DNA of 64,000 bases from Gemmatimonadota bacterium (lineage in GTDB: Bacteria; Gemmatimonadota; Gemmatimonadetes; Gemmatimonadales; GWC2-71-9). This document shows, in pieces, positions 26,920 through 36,049 of the stretch. Below the pieces are notes generated by a model. It saw nothing but the letters and a program-made list of their open reading frames with translations. It did no database searches and was not told where the DNA came from. The DNA is taken from positions 8,011 to 72,010 of the forward strand of contig JBDHJM010000020.1 in assembly GCA_039586895.1 (NCBI GenBank). Direction: 5' to 3'. A program made the position numbers and the translations under genes. Position 1 is the first letter of the stretch. Every line of letters starts with the position of its first letter.

Positions 26920-28435
26920 CTAAGCCACTGCGTACCGCTCGGTTACGTCCCTTCCCGCGGGCTGCGCCATGAGCCGGAACTCGTCGATCCGCGTGATCGG
27001 ATCGTCCTTGAGCTCCAGGTCTATCCCCGTGGTCTGCGATGTCTCCTTCAGGAAGCCGGGCTCCTGCTCCATCAAGTACAGAGCCACCTCGGGATGCACC
27101 CGGACGGTGAGACGGCGCTCCTTGCGCTCGCCCGCCACCCGGGCCAGTGACCGCTCCAGCCGCCGCATCACCACCTCGGGCCGGAACACGCGGACAATCG
27201 TCGGCCATGGAGTCCCACAGTGACGGCCTCACCCGCTGACGCGTCATCTCTATCAGGCCGAGCTGGGAGACCTGGAACGCGCGAGTGCGTGCCCGGTCGC
27301 GCCCCAGGTGGGTGCGCAGCTCGTGCAGCACCTTGTCGCGGTTGCCCTGTGACTCCATGTCGATGAAGTCGATCACTACGATCCCGCCCAGGTCCCGCAG
27401 CCGCCCCTGGCGCGCTATCTCCCGGGCGGCCTCCAGGTTGGTGCGCAGGATGGTCTTCTCGGGATCCTGCTTGCCGGTGTAGCGGCCGGTGTTCACGTCG
27501 ATCGACACCAGCGCCTCGGTGGGCTCGATGATCAGGTAGCCCCCCGTGGGCAGGTCCACGCGCTTGTCGAACAGCTCCCGGATCTCGGTTTCCAGGTCGT
27601 ACTTGTCGAACAGCGGCGTGCTCTGCTTGTACAGACTCACCCGGTCGGCCAGCTCCGGCTCGACGCCCTTGAGGTACTGCCGGATCTCGCTGTGGACGTC
27701 CCTCGAATCGACGATGACCTGATCGACCTTGTCGCTGAACAGGTCGCGGATGATGCCGCTGGTGAGCGACGTCTCCCTGTGCACCAGCGTGGGCACCCTG
27801 AGCCGGACGAAGTGGGCCTTCCGCTTCACCTTCTTCCAGAGCGCCAGGAGCGACTTCATCTCCCGCTTCACCTGCGCTTCGGTGAGATCCTCGGCCACCG
27901 TGCGCACGATGAGGCCGCCAGCGTCCCTGGGCTTGAGCTTGGACAGCATCTCGCGCAGCCGCGCCCGCTCACTGCGGCTGTCGATCTTGCGGCTCACCCC
28001 GATCTTCGAGGCGAACGGCATGTACACCAGGAAGCGCCCTGCGAGGGATATCTGCCGAGTGACCCTGGGGCCCTTGGTGCTGATGGGCTCCTTGGTGACC
28101 TGCACCAGGATCGACTGGCCGCGTTTGACGTGGTCCTGGATGTTGGGGAGGCCGCGCTGGTTCCGGTTGTTGCGTCCGGGGCGTTCGTCCTCGTCGTCGT
28201 CCTCGTCGGGCTCGACCAGGTCGGACGCGTGCAGGAAGGCGCTCTTGTCCAGCCCGATGTCTACGAAAGCCGCCTGCATCCCCGGCAGTACTGCGTCGAC
28301 CTTGCCGAGGTAGATGTTCCCTACTGTGCGGCGAATCTCCGGGCGATCATGCAGGAGTTCGACGAGACGGTCGTCCTCCAGAATGGCCACGCGCGTCTCG
28401 CGCTGGCCTGCGTCGATCAGAATCTCGCGTTTCAA
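26920..28435 (-). CDS. Ribonuclease G/E family (Rng/Rne catalytic core), apparently frameshifted at the Zn-link motif
   Basis: The N-terminal part (28435..27191) carries the S1 domain (GNIYLGKVDAVLPGMQAAFVDIG), IVIDFIDM and QLGLIEMTRQRVRPSL...DDCP. The true C-terminus (VFRPEVVMRRLERSL...VRVHPEVALYL...) lies in another frame as ORF 26920..27189. The expected CPxCxGxG is reduced to CP plus 1 nt. The 26657..26919 extension of the long ORF overlaps rplU and is not credible. Confidence 0.8.
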
Positions 28436-28683
28436 GTTTCTCTGCTCCGGCCCCCGCGAGCGGTCGCGAAGCGGAAGTCCTTTCCGCCGCGGCCGCCGCG
28501 CCGAGCCTCTGACTGTGGATCGGCGGTGTCCCGACCCCCCTGGGCCGGGTCGCCGCTTCTCTGCCGTATTGTGCTGCGAGCTGCGCGCCCCCGCGGGCCG
28601 GCGCGGGCGCCGTGTGGCGCCCCCCGGTCACCGGGAGCTGCGAGATCACACTCAAGTGGCGCTGCAACATGACGCTGTAAGGA

Positions 28684-28708
28684 TATATAGGATGGGCATT
28701 TAGGTCAA
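28684..28708 (-). promoter_or_regulatory. Possible sigma-70-type promoter in the only AT-rich patch of the rng / proX divergent intergenic region
   Basis: The minus strand reads TTGACC (28708-28703)-N15..17-TATATA/TATCCT. This would give a GC-rich leader of about 245 nt before the rng ATG at 28435. By eye only. Confidence 0.25.
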
Positions 28709-28768
28709 CTGCCCCGCAGCACACTGGCCGCGGCTCCGGAGCCGTGTATCATTGCTGCCGCCCCCAGA

Positions 28769-29338
28769 GTGCCGAGCCGAGCGCCGATGCCCGAGAAAAC
28801 CGATCCCCAAGCCCTGGCAGACGGAGGCGCCCCCGCGACTCCGGAGGACCTATTCCGGCGCCTCGGAGAGCTGGGCATCGAGACCTCCACCATGGAGCAC
28901 CCTGCGGTGTTCACCGTGGAGGAGGCGCGCGAGGCCCGGGGACCGATACCGGGCTGCCACACCAAGAACCTGTTCCTGCGCGACAAGAAGGGCCGCCGCA
29001 TGTGGCTGGTGGTGTGCCGCGAAGACCGGGCGGTGGACCTGCGCCAGCTGGCGCTGCGCGTGGGGGCCAGCGGCCGGCTCTCGTTCGGCAGCGCCGAGCG
29101 CCTGATGAAGTACCTGGGAGTGACGCCGGGCGCCGTGAACCCCTTCGCGGTGATAAACGACCACGGCGGTGCCGTGCGGGTGGTGGTCGACCGGGCCATC
29201 CTGGACGACCCGCCCCTCAACTTCCACCCCCTTGTTAACACGATGACGACGTCGATCGGCGCCGACGACTTCCTGCGGTTTCTCTCAGAGGAGAAGCACG
29301 AGCCCAAGCTGATCGACTTCGGGCACCTGGTTACGTAA
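28769..29338 (+). CDS. YbaK/ProX-type aminoacyl-tRNA trans-editing deacylase
   Basis: HPAVFTVEEA...GCHTKNLFLRDKKG...WLVV...VDL..LA...G..RLSFGS.ERL...LGV.PGAV.PF is typical of prolyl-tRNA-synthetase-associated (ProX) domain proteins. The start could be the second ATG (MPEK). Confidence 0.8.
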   Translation: MPSRAPMPEKTDPQALADGGAPATPEDLFRRLGELGIETSTMEHPAVFTVEEAREARGPIPGCHTKNLFLRDKKGRRMWLVVCREDRAVDLRQLALRVGASGRLSFGSAERLMKYLGVTPGAVNPFAVINDHGGAVRVVVDRAILDDPPLNFHPLVNTMTTSIGADDFLRFLSEEKHEPKLIDFGHLVT

Positions 29339-29349
29339 CCGGCGGTTGT

Positions 29350-30582
29350 TCAGCCCGTCACTTCGACCAAGTCGCCCAGCAGCTCCCGCGCGATCACGAT
29401 GCGCAGGATCTCACTGGTTCCCTCCCCTATCTCGCCCACCTTGGCATCGCGGATCATGCGCTCCACCGGATACTCGGTGGTGTAGCCGTAGCCGCCGTGC
29501 AGCTGGACCGCCTTGGTGGTGGCGCGCATCGCCAGCTCCGAGGCGAACAGCTTCGCCATGGCCGCTGCCTTCTTGTACGGTTCGCCGTTCTGGCGCAGCC
29601 ACGCCGCGTGATATACGAGGTGGCGTGCAGCTTCGATCTCCGTGGCCATGTCGGCGATCTGGAAATGGACGCCCTGGAACGAGGCGATGGGGCGTCCGAA
29701 CTGCTTGCGCTCAGACGTGTATTTGATGCACTCGTCCAGCGCGCCCTCCGCCAGCCCAAGTGACAGGGCGGCTACCCCGATGCGGCCGTCGTCGAGCGTC
29801 TTGAGGAAATTCACGAATCCCTTGCCCCGGGCGCCAAGCATGTTCTCCTTGGGCACCTCGGCGTCCTCCAGAATCAGCTCCCGGGTGTCAGAGGCCCGCC
29901 ACCCCAGCTTGTCCTCCTTCTTGCCCGCCGTCACTCCCGCAATCTTGGGGAGGGAGGCATCGTGCCCCACGCCCACCTGCTGACACCGCTCCAGGTCCAC
30001 CGTGTCCTTGGTGACGATGAACGAGGTGATTCCGGCGTTGCGCTTCTTGGGGTTGGGATCGGTGCGCGCCGTGATCACGAAGATCTCGCCCACACCGGCG
30101 TGGGTGATGAAGATCTTCGAGCCGTTGATGACGAAGTGGTCACCCTTCTCGACCGCCGTCGTCTCTGTTCCCCCGGCGTCGGAGCCTGCACCCGGCTCGG
30201 TGAGACCGAACCCGCCAAGCACCTGCCCGCCGGCCAGCAGCGGCACGTAGCGCTGCTTCTGCTCGTCGTTGCCGAAATAGACTATCGGTGAGGTACCCAG
30301 GGTGGTGTGTGCCGACACCGTGATGGCGTGGCTGGCGTCCACCCGCGCCAGCTCTTCCACCACCAGGATGTAGGAGAGGTAATCCATTCCCGCGCCGCCC
30401 AGGTCCACGGACCAGGGCGCGCCCATGAAACCCAGCTCGCCCATCTTCTGCACGTTCTCCCACGGGAACTTGGCATCCAGGTCGTATTCCCTAGCGATGG
30501 GGCGGATCTCCTGGTCGGCGAAGTCGCGGACTATCTCCCGCACCTGCTGGTGGTCCTCCGTTATGTACGGCGAGTCGCTCAT
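29350..30582 (-). CDS. Acyl-CoA dehydrogenase
   Basis: [28 protein letters not shown], and [33 protein letters not shown] (the C-terminal catalytic Glu region). Confidence 0.9.
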   Translation of the reverse strand: MSDSPYITEDHQQVREIVRDFADQEIRPIAREYDLDAKFPWENVQKMGELGFMGAPWSVDLGGAGMDYLSYILVVEELARVDASHAITVSAHTTLGTSPIVYFGNDEQKQRYVPLLAGGQVLGGFGLTEPGAGSDAGGTETTAVEKGDHFVINGSKIFITHAGVGEIFVITARTDPNPKKRNAGITSFIVTKDTVDLERCQQVGVGHDASLPKIAGVTAGKKEDKLGWRASDTRELILEDAEVPKENMLGARGKGFVNFLKTLDDGRIGVAALSLGLAEGALDECIKYTSERKQFGRPIASFQGVHFQIADMATEIEAARHLVYHAAWLRQNGEPYKKAAAMAKLFASELAMRATTKAVQLHGGYGYTTEYPVERMIRDAKVGEIGEGTSEILRIVIARELLGDLVEVTG

Positions 30583-31107
30583 CTACTCCATCCCCTTGGG
30601 TGGCGAGAAGATCGCCTTCCAAATCACCGCCTCCCGCGCGTTCGCCGGCGAGAAGCGCCCCTCGCGGCGCAGCACGCGCGCCGGTTTGGAGTCCTCCACG
30701 TAGCGCTCGTGGAACCGCTCGTGACTCGCGGCGCGGTCCGGCTCCAGACTCTCGAGCGACTGCGGCTGCACGTCCACCTCTTCCAGGGTCACCGGTTGGG
30801 GCGGCTCGGGTGGGGACGCTTCGGCCCGGGTCACCTCAGGCAGCTGCTCGCTCAGCATGTCGAAGATCTGCTGCGCCAGATTGTGCCGCTCGCCGGGGCC
30901 TGTAGGCTCGGCGAGCGCTTCCCGCGCAGGCTCGCTGCGCGGCGGGACCCGCCGTTGCACCGGTTGCTCAACCGGCTGCTGCGGTTGCCGCTGCGGGAGC
31001 TGCCGCCGCTGCTGCTGCCCCTGCTGCTTCTTCTTCTTGCTGCCGCCTGCCAGCAGCGAGAAGAAGACAACCGCCAGGAAGATGATCAGCTCGACGAAGT
31101 CGCCCAC
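30583..31107 (-). CDS. Membrane-anchored low-complexity (K/Q/R/P-rich) protein, third gene of the nfeD-floA operon
   Basis: N-terminal TM helix FVELIIFLAVVFFSLLAGG, then KKKKQQGQQQRRQLPQRQPQQPVEQPVQRR. Its stop abuts the acyl-CoA dehydrogenase ATG. No family recognised. Confidence 0.55.
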   Translation of the reverse strand: MGDFVELIIFLAVVFFSLLAGGSKKKKQQGQQQRRQLPQRQPQQPVEQPVQRRVPPRSEPAREALAEPTGPGERHNLAQQIFDMLSEQLPEVTRAEASPPEPPQPVTLEEVDVQPQSLESLEPDRAASHERFHERYVEDSKPARVLRREGRFSPANAREAVIWKAIFSPPKGME

Positions 31108-31116
31108 GTCGCTTCC

Positions 31117-32109
31117 CTAGCTGGCGCCGGGCTCGTCGCCCTTGGCGATGCTGCGGCGCATCTGGGTGTCGCTATCGATGTTGTGGTAGCGCACGTAGTC
31201 CATGACGCCGAGGTTGCCCTGGCGGAAAGCCTCCGCCATCGCGAGCGGCACCTGGGCCTCCGCTTCCACAACGCGAGCCCGCATCTCCTGCGTGCGCGCC
31301 TTCATCTCCTGCTCCGACGCCACCGCCATGGCGCGCCGCTCTTCGGCCTTCGCCTGCGCGATCCGCTTGTCCGCCTCGGCCTGGTCGGTCTGCAGCTCCG
31401 CACCGATGTTCTTGCCCACGTCCACGTCGGCGATGTCGATGGAGAGGATCTCGAACGCCGTCCCGCTGTCGAGGCCCTTGGCGAGCACCGTCTTCGAGAT
31501 GTCGTCAGGGTTCTCGAGCACCGCTTTGTGCGAGACGGCCGAGCCGATCGTGGATACGATGCCCTCTCCCACTCGTGCGAGGATGGTCTCCTCGCCGGCG
31601 CCCCCGACCAGCCGGTCGATGTTGGCCCTCACCGTCACACGCGACAGGGCGATGAGCTGAATGCCGTCCTTGGCCATCGCAGCGACCTTCGGCGTCTGGA
31701 TCACCTTGGGATTCACCGAGACCTGCACCGCCTCCTGCACGTCACGGCCGGCGAGGTCGATGGCGGCGGCCTTCTGGAACGAGAGCTCGATTCCCGCCTT
31801 GTCCGCGGAGATGAGTGCGCGCACTACCCGGTCCACCTGACCGCCTGCCAGATAGTGCGCCTCGAGGTCATTCACCTGGAGCGTCAGGCCCGCCTTGGTG
31901 GCGGCAATCAAGGGGCGCACCACGGCAGGCGGACTCACCTTCCTCAGGCGCATCCCCACCAGCGTGCCCAGTCCGATACGCACGCCCGAAAACCAGGCCT
32001 CTATCCACAGGCGGACCGGTATGAAGTTGAGCAGGAGCCCCAGCAGGATGACCGCGACAACGAACAGGGCTACGACCAGCCACCCTCCCAACTGCGCCAA
32101 TTCGTTCAT
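31117..32109 (-). CDS. floA: Flotillin-like protein FloA (UPF0365/YqfA family, SPFH domain)
   Basis: [31 protein letters not shown]...VNPKVIQTP...[33 protein letters not shown]: strong resemblance to YqfA/FloA. Preceded by nfeD. Confidence 0.9.
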   Translation of the reverse strand: MNELAQLGGWLVVALFVVAVILLGLLLNFIPVRLWIEAWFSGVRIGLGTLVGMRLRKVSPPAVVRPLIAATKAGLTLQVNDLEAHYLAGGQVDRVVRALISADKAGIELSFQKAAAIDLAGRDVQEAVQVSVNPKVIQTPKVAAMAKDGIQLIALSRVTVRANIDRLVGGAGEETILARVGEGIVSTIGSAVSHKAVLENPDDISKTVLAKGLDSGTAFEILSIDIADVDVGKNIGAELQTDQAEADKRIAQAKAEERRAMAVASEQEMKARTQEMRARVVEAEAQVPLAMAEAFRQGNLGVMDYVRYHNIDSDTQMRRSIAKGDEPGAS

Positions 32110-32129
32110 CGAGCGTGCCTCTCTTCCCG

Positions 32130-33464
32130 TTATGCGCCGGGCTCGTCGCCGATAGGCTCGACGACGTGCCTGTAACTCTCGGATCTTATGATGCGGACCG
32201 GGCGGCCCTTGGCCACGAAGCCCACGTCGGATACCACGTCCAACCGCTCATCGCCGATCTGGATGGTCCCGGAGGGCCGCAGGTCGGTGAGCGCCACTCC
32301 CTCCAGGCCAATGAGGTCGCCGCGTGACGTGCCGGCTATATAGCCGTGCTCCTTGTCAGTGGCGGCCTTGAGGAATATGCCCCGGGTGCGGCGGCTGGAC
32401 GGCAGGTGTCGTACCAGGGCGTAGACGGCAGCAACCACGATCATGGCGGCTGCGAACAGTACTCCGCTGGCCCGGGTCACGTCGCTCCACGTGGGCAGGT
32501 TGCCGATCAGCGCCAGGAAGATCGCCGACCCGATGCACAGGACTGCGATGAGGCCCGCGATGCCGAACCCCGGCACCACGAACACCTCGAAGCCGAGCGC
32601 CACCAGCCCGACCGACAGCAGGATGATCTCCTCCCATCCAGCCAGGCCGATGATCAGGTGGCTGCCGAAGAACGCTCCCAGAGACAGCAATCCCACGGCT
32701 CCCGCGAGCCCGAACGACGGCGTCTTGATCTCGATGAGGATCCCGAGGGTGCCTATCGAGAGCAGCAGGGGGGCCACGAAGGGATTGGACAGGAAGCGCA
32801 CCAGCCGCTCCGCCCAGTTGATCCCCACCGTGAGCACGTCGGCGTCCGCCAGGTCGTGCCGCTCGAGCAGCGCGTCGAGGCCTTCCACCTCGGCCGCCGC
32901 CACCTCGAGCTCGACTGCCTCTCCGGCAGTGAGGGTGAGCAGCTTGCCCGCCTCGACCACTCCTTCGACCTCGATTTCTTCGTCTACCATTGACTCGGCG
33001 ATGCGCGGATCGAGTCCACGCCGCTCTGCCAGTGCGCGCATCTCGCTCCGCATCGCGCTCACGATCTTCTCGGGTGCCTTCTGACCCGATCCCGTCACCG
33101 GCGTAGCCGCCCCAATGGACGATGCCGGGACCATGTAGATCGAATCGGCTGCGAGCGCGATTATCGCGCCGGCGCTCCACGCGTGCGTGTTGACCAGCGC
33201 AAAGACGGGCACGCCGCTCCCCGTCACCGCCTTGACGATCTGCTGGGCCGCATCGATGCGCCCGCCCGGAGTGTCGATGTCCAGCACGATCGCCGCCGCA
33301 CCGTCCGCCTGCGCTTCGGTTATGGCGCGGGCAATGTAGGGTGCGAGGCCGAGCTCGATGGTGCCCGTGACCGGGATACGATATACGAGTGGCTGCTGTG
33401 CCAGCGCCGCGGTCGAAGGCGCGGCGAGGGCAGCACAGATCAACACAATGCGCCAGCGGTTCAC
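32130..33464 (-). CDS. nfeD: NfeD-family membrane-bound ClpP-class serine protease
   Basis: [30 protein letters not shown] (ClpP-like Ser), four to five TM helices and a C-terminal NfeD OB-fold ([27 protein letters not shown]). The likely start is GTG 33464 ([16 protein letters not shown] signal); the ORF extends to 33566. Confidence 0.85.
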   Translation of the reverse strand: MNRWRIVLICAALAAPSTAALAQQPLVYRIPVTGTIELGLAPYIARAITEAQADGAAAIVLDIDTPGGRIDAAQQIVKAVTGSGVPVFALVNTHAWSAGAIIALAADSIYMVPASSIGAATPVTGSGQKAPEKIVSAMRSEMRALAERRGLDPRIAESMVDEEIEVEGVVEAGKLLTLTAGEAVELEVAAAEVEGLDALLERHDLADADVLTVGINWAERLVRFLSNPFVAPLLLSIGTLGILIEIKTPSFGLAGAVGLLSLGAFFGSHLIIGLAGWEEIILLSVGLVALGFEVFVVPGFGIAGLIAVLCIGSAIFLALIGNLPTWSDVTRASGVLFAAAMIVVAAVYALVRHLPSSRRTRGIFLKAATDKEHGYIAGTSRGDLIGLEGVALTDLRPSGTIQIGDERLDVVSDVGFVAKGRPVRIIRSESYRHVVEPIGDEPGA

Positions 33465-33584
33465 TGCAACCCCCGCGTAAGTGTTCGTATTGGAAGTTAG
33501 GTACGGGACGGACCCCGGGAAAGCGCTCCGCGTGATGGTCCGGCCTTGCGCCGGGGATACACGCAAGGTGGGTATAAAGTCGCT

Positions 33585-33673
33585 GCGGCTTGCTGAGCTC
33601 GGGCGTTGCGTGGTCCCGCTCGTCCCCTCCCGACGAGATTACTTGCCTGGCGGCAAGGCGCTCAGCAAACCGC
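33585..33673. other. Structured intergenic element (multi-stem junction); strand and function unknown
   Basis: A 13/14-bp closing stem (GCGGCTTGCTGAGC 33585-98 with GCTCAGCAAACCGC 33660-73) encloses two hairpins: CTCGTC-ccctccc-GACGAG (33619-37) and CTTGCC-tggc-GGCAAG (33642-57). A further hairpin, CCTTGCG-N11-CGCAAGG, lies at 33544-68. Confidence 0.3.
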
Positions 33674-33770
33674 AGTGCTGTTTTCCGCCAGCAAAAGGAG
33701 GAAGAATCGTGCCACCGCGGTGGTCCGGGTCAAGTGACTGTGCAGCAATATGTTACGACTGTCCGGGCGG

Positions 33771-35060
33771 TCAGTCCGCGACCCCCTGTGACCGCTTTTC
33801 GGCACGCCCACTCGCATTTTGGGACACCCCTACACGGTCCCTCCGGATTCCCGGGCCGCAGCCGTCACACCCGCTGCACCGAGCCAGACGCTCACCGAGG
33901 TAGCTCAGCAGCACGCGCCTGCGGCAGCCGCGGGTGTGCACGTAGCGCCGCATGGTGGCGAGCGCACGCCTCCGCGCCTCGCGCTGCGCCGGCGAGGCGG
34001 CGCGATCCACCCCCGCCAGCTTGGCGGCGAGCATTAGATCACCTTTGGACCACAGCATGACGCAGCGGGCAGGCAGTCCGTCGCGGCCGGCCCTGCCGGC
34101 TTCCTGGAAGTACGCCTCCGGACGGGGCGGCACGCCCATGTGGGCCACCAGGCGCACGTCCGGCTTGTCGATGCCCATGCCGAAGGCGTTGGTGGCCACC
34201 ATGACGCGCGTGCGCCCGTCCAGGAACCGGGCCAGCAGTCCGCGGCGGGACGCGGCTGGGAGTGCCGCGTGGTACGGCAGCGCTGCGAACCCCCACTCCC
34301 GTAGCACTGCTGCCACGCCGTCGGCCTGGTTCCGGGTCGGCACGTACGCTATCGCGCTGCCGGTCGCCGCCCGGAGCAGGCCGACCAGCACGCGAAGCGG
34401 TGCCGAGTTGTCGCCGAAACGGCGTGCCGAGAAGCGCAGGTTAGGCCGGTCGAACGACTGTGCGATCCGCACCGGGCGCTTGAGCCCCAGGACTCGGGTG
34501 ATGTCCCCCAGAGTCTGCGGCGTGGCGGTGGCGGTCAGTGCCGTGACGGGCGGGCGGCCCAGGGCTACCCGGTACCGGCCGATGCTTCGGTAATGCGGGC
34601 GGAAGTCGTGACCCCACTCGCTGATACAGTGTGCCTCGTCCACCGCCAGCAGCGCTACGCCGCGCCGAGCCAGCAGCGACACAAGACTCCCCAGCCGCTC
34701 CGGCGCCGCGTACAGCAGCTTGAGGCGGCCGGCGCCGAGTGACTCGAGCACGGCCGAGCGCACCCTCGGCTGCTGCGTGGAGCTGAGGTAAGCCGCCGCC
34801 ACGCCGCGGTTGCGCAGCGCCGTGACCTGGTCCTGCATCAGCGATATGAGCGGTGAGACGACCAGCGTGAGACCCGGGAGAGTGAGGGCCGGAACCTGGT
34901 AGCACAGCGACTTGCCGCCACCCGTGGGGAGCACCGCGAGGCAGTCGCGACCGCGCAGTGCGGCCAGGACTGCGCGCCTCTGGTGGTGACGGAAGTCCGG
35001 GAATCCCCAAGTCTCGCGCAGAACGCGGCGGCTCTCGGCCAGGCTCGACATGGCAATCAC
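33771..35060 (-). CDS. recQ: RecQ-family ATP-dependent DNA helicase (short form, no HRDC/RQC-WH)
   Basis: FRHHQRRAV (motif 0), LPTGGGKSLCYQ (Walker A), DEAHCISEWGHDFRP (DEAH), TATAT, VATNAFGMGIDKPDVR, QEAGRAGRDG. The Zn-binding Cys cluster CRRRVLLSYLGE...CSGCDGC is near the C-terminus. Confidence 0.9.
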   Translation of the reverse strand: MIAMSSLAESRRVLRETWGFPDFRHHQRRAVLAALRGRDCLAVLPTGGGKSLCYQVPALTLPGLTLVVSPLISLMQDQVTALRNRGVAAAYLSSTQQPRVRSAVLESLGAGRLKLLYAAPERLGSLVSLLARRGVALLAVDEAHCISEWGHDFRPHYRSIGRYRVALGRPPVTALTATATPQTLGDITRVLGLKRPVRIAQSFDRPNLRFSARRFGDNSAPLRVLVGLLRAATGSAIAYVPTRNQADGVAAVLREWGFAALPYHAALPAASRRGLLARFLDGRTRVMVATNAFGMGIDKPDVRLVAHMGVPPRPEAYFQEAGRAGRDGLPARCVMLWSKGDLMLAAKLAGVDRAASPAQREARRRALATMRRYVHTRGCRRRVLLSYLGERLARCSGCDGCGPGIRRDRVGVSQNASGRAEKRSQGVAD

Positions 35061-35092
35061 TCGACGCAGGTGCGGACCGCGACGATACGAAG

Positions 35093-35116
35093 ACGGCGCC
35101 CCATGAAGGGCGCCGT
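35093..35116 (-). terminator. Hairpin downstream of the DRR-repeat protein gene (terminator-like)
   Basis: ACGGCGCCC-catgaa-GGGCGCCGT: a perfect 9-bp stem. On the minus strand it is followed by CTTCGTATCG (weak U-tract). Confidence 0.35.
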
Positions 35117-35163
35117 TCGGCCGCGCCTGGGCGCGGATTGACTTGAGTGATGTCCTGCGTGCT

Positions 35164-35919
35164 CTAACGGCGGCTCGGCTTCCGCTTCGCGCTCTTCCCG
35201 GTCTTGGCCGACTTCTTCGAGGTCTTCTTGGTGGCCTTCTTGGGGCTCTTCTTGGCTGCCTTGGCCGGCCCGGACTTGGCCTTCGCGCGTGTGCGCCGCT
35301 TGGCGCCGTCGTCGGCGCCCGATTTCGAGGAACCCGACTCGGACTTTGTGGAAGACGACACCAGTGGCGCCGTCAGGGTCTCCTGCAGCAGCTCCAGCGA
35401 GTCGCGCCGGCGGAACGGCGTCTTCCTGCCTCTGTCCTTCTTGCCGCCCGCGTCGAGCCCCGGAACCTGGTCCAGGAGCTCGCGGGCCAACCGGTACTCG
35501 GATGACTTCGCCACGGCGGAGCCTTTGAGCTTGTTGAGAGCGTCCCGCACCTTCTTCAAATCGGGCTTGGGCTTGAGCAGCTCGGTGCGGACGCTACCCA
35601 GCTTCTCCTGAGCTGCCTTCTGGGGACGGACTCCGCGGCCGGCATTGAGGTAGAGCCGGCTCACCAGCCGCCTCAGGGTCTGCAGCGCCACCGCGCGCAG
35701 CACGCCCTCGGTGGACCCGCGCCGTTCCAGGCCAAGGCGCCGGTCTCCTCCTGTACGGCGGTCCGCGATGCGCCGATCCCACCCGGTCCGGCGCTCCTGC
35801 ATACCGGCAGGCGGCCCCACGTCGTCCTTGCGTCGATCGACATCGCTGCGCCGGTCTGCCCCGGTGCGTCTGTCGGGGTTCTTGCGGCGGTCCTTTCCGC
35901 TTCGGGTTGGCTCAGCCAT
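35164..35919 (-). CDS. Highly basic protein with N-terminal DRR repeats and histone-H1-like K/A/S/P-rich tail
   Basis: The N-terminus is GKDRRKNPDRRTGADRRSDVDRRKDD...QERRTGWDRRIADRRTGGDRRLGLERRG. The C-terminus is KRRTRAKAKSGPAKAAKKSPKKATKKTSKKSAKTGKSAKRKPSRR. SD GGATGGAG upstream of the ATG. Confidence 0.6.
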   Translation of the reverse strand: MAEPTRSGKDRRKNPDRRTGADRRSDVDRRKDDVGPPAGMQERRTGWDRRIADRRTGGDRRLGLERRGSTEGVLRAVALQTLRRLVSRLYLNAGRGVRPQKAAQEKLGSVRTELLKPKPDLKKVRDALNKLKGSAVAKSSEYRLARELLDQVPGLDAGGKKDRGRKTPFRRRDSLELLQETLTAPLVSSSTKSESGSSKSGADDGAKRRTRAKAKSGPAKAAKKSPKKATKKTSKKSAKTGKSAKRKPSRR

Positions 35920-36049
35920 GCATTACTCCATCCGGCGGCCGGAGCGGCCGGTCAGCTGGCGGGCGCACAGCTGGACGAGGGGCAATAATAGCGGGCCGAT
36001 CGGAAGCCCCGCCAGCCGCGCCCGACGCTCGCGCGCAAGCCATCCCAAC

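Noticed and set aside
33707-33901. 64-codon Cys-rich ORF with a strong SD, considered as a real small protein gene.
   Set aside because: Third-position GC is well below that of neighbouring genes, and its second half is antisense to the recQ 3' end. It is kept only as part of the structured-spacer finding and is not listed as a CDS.
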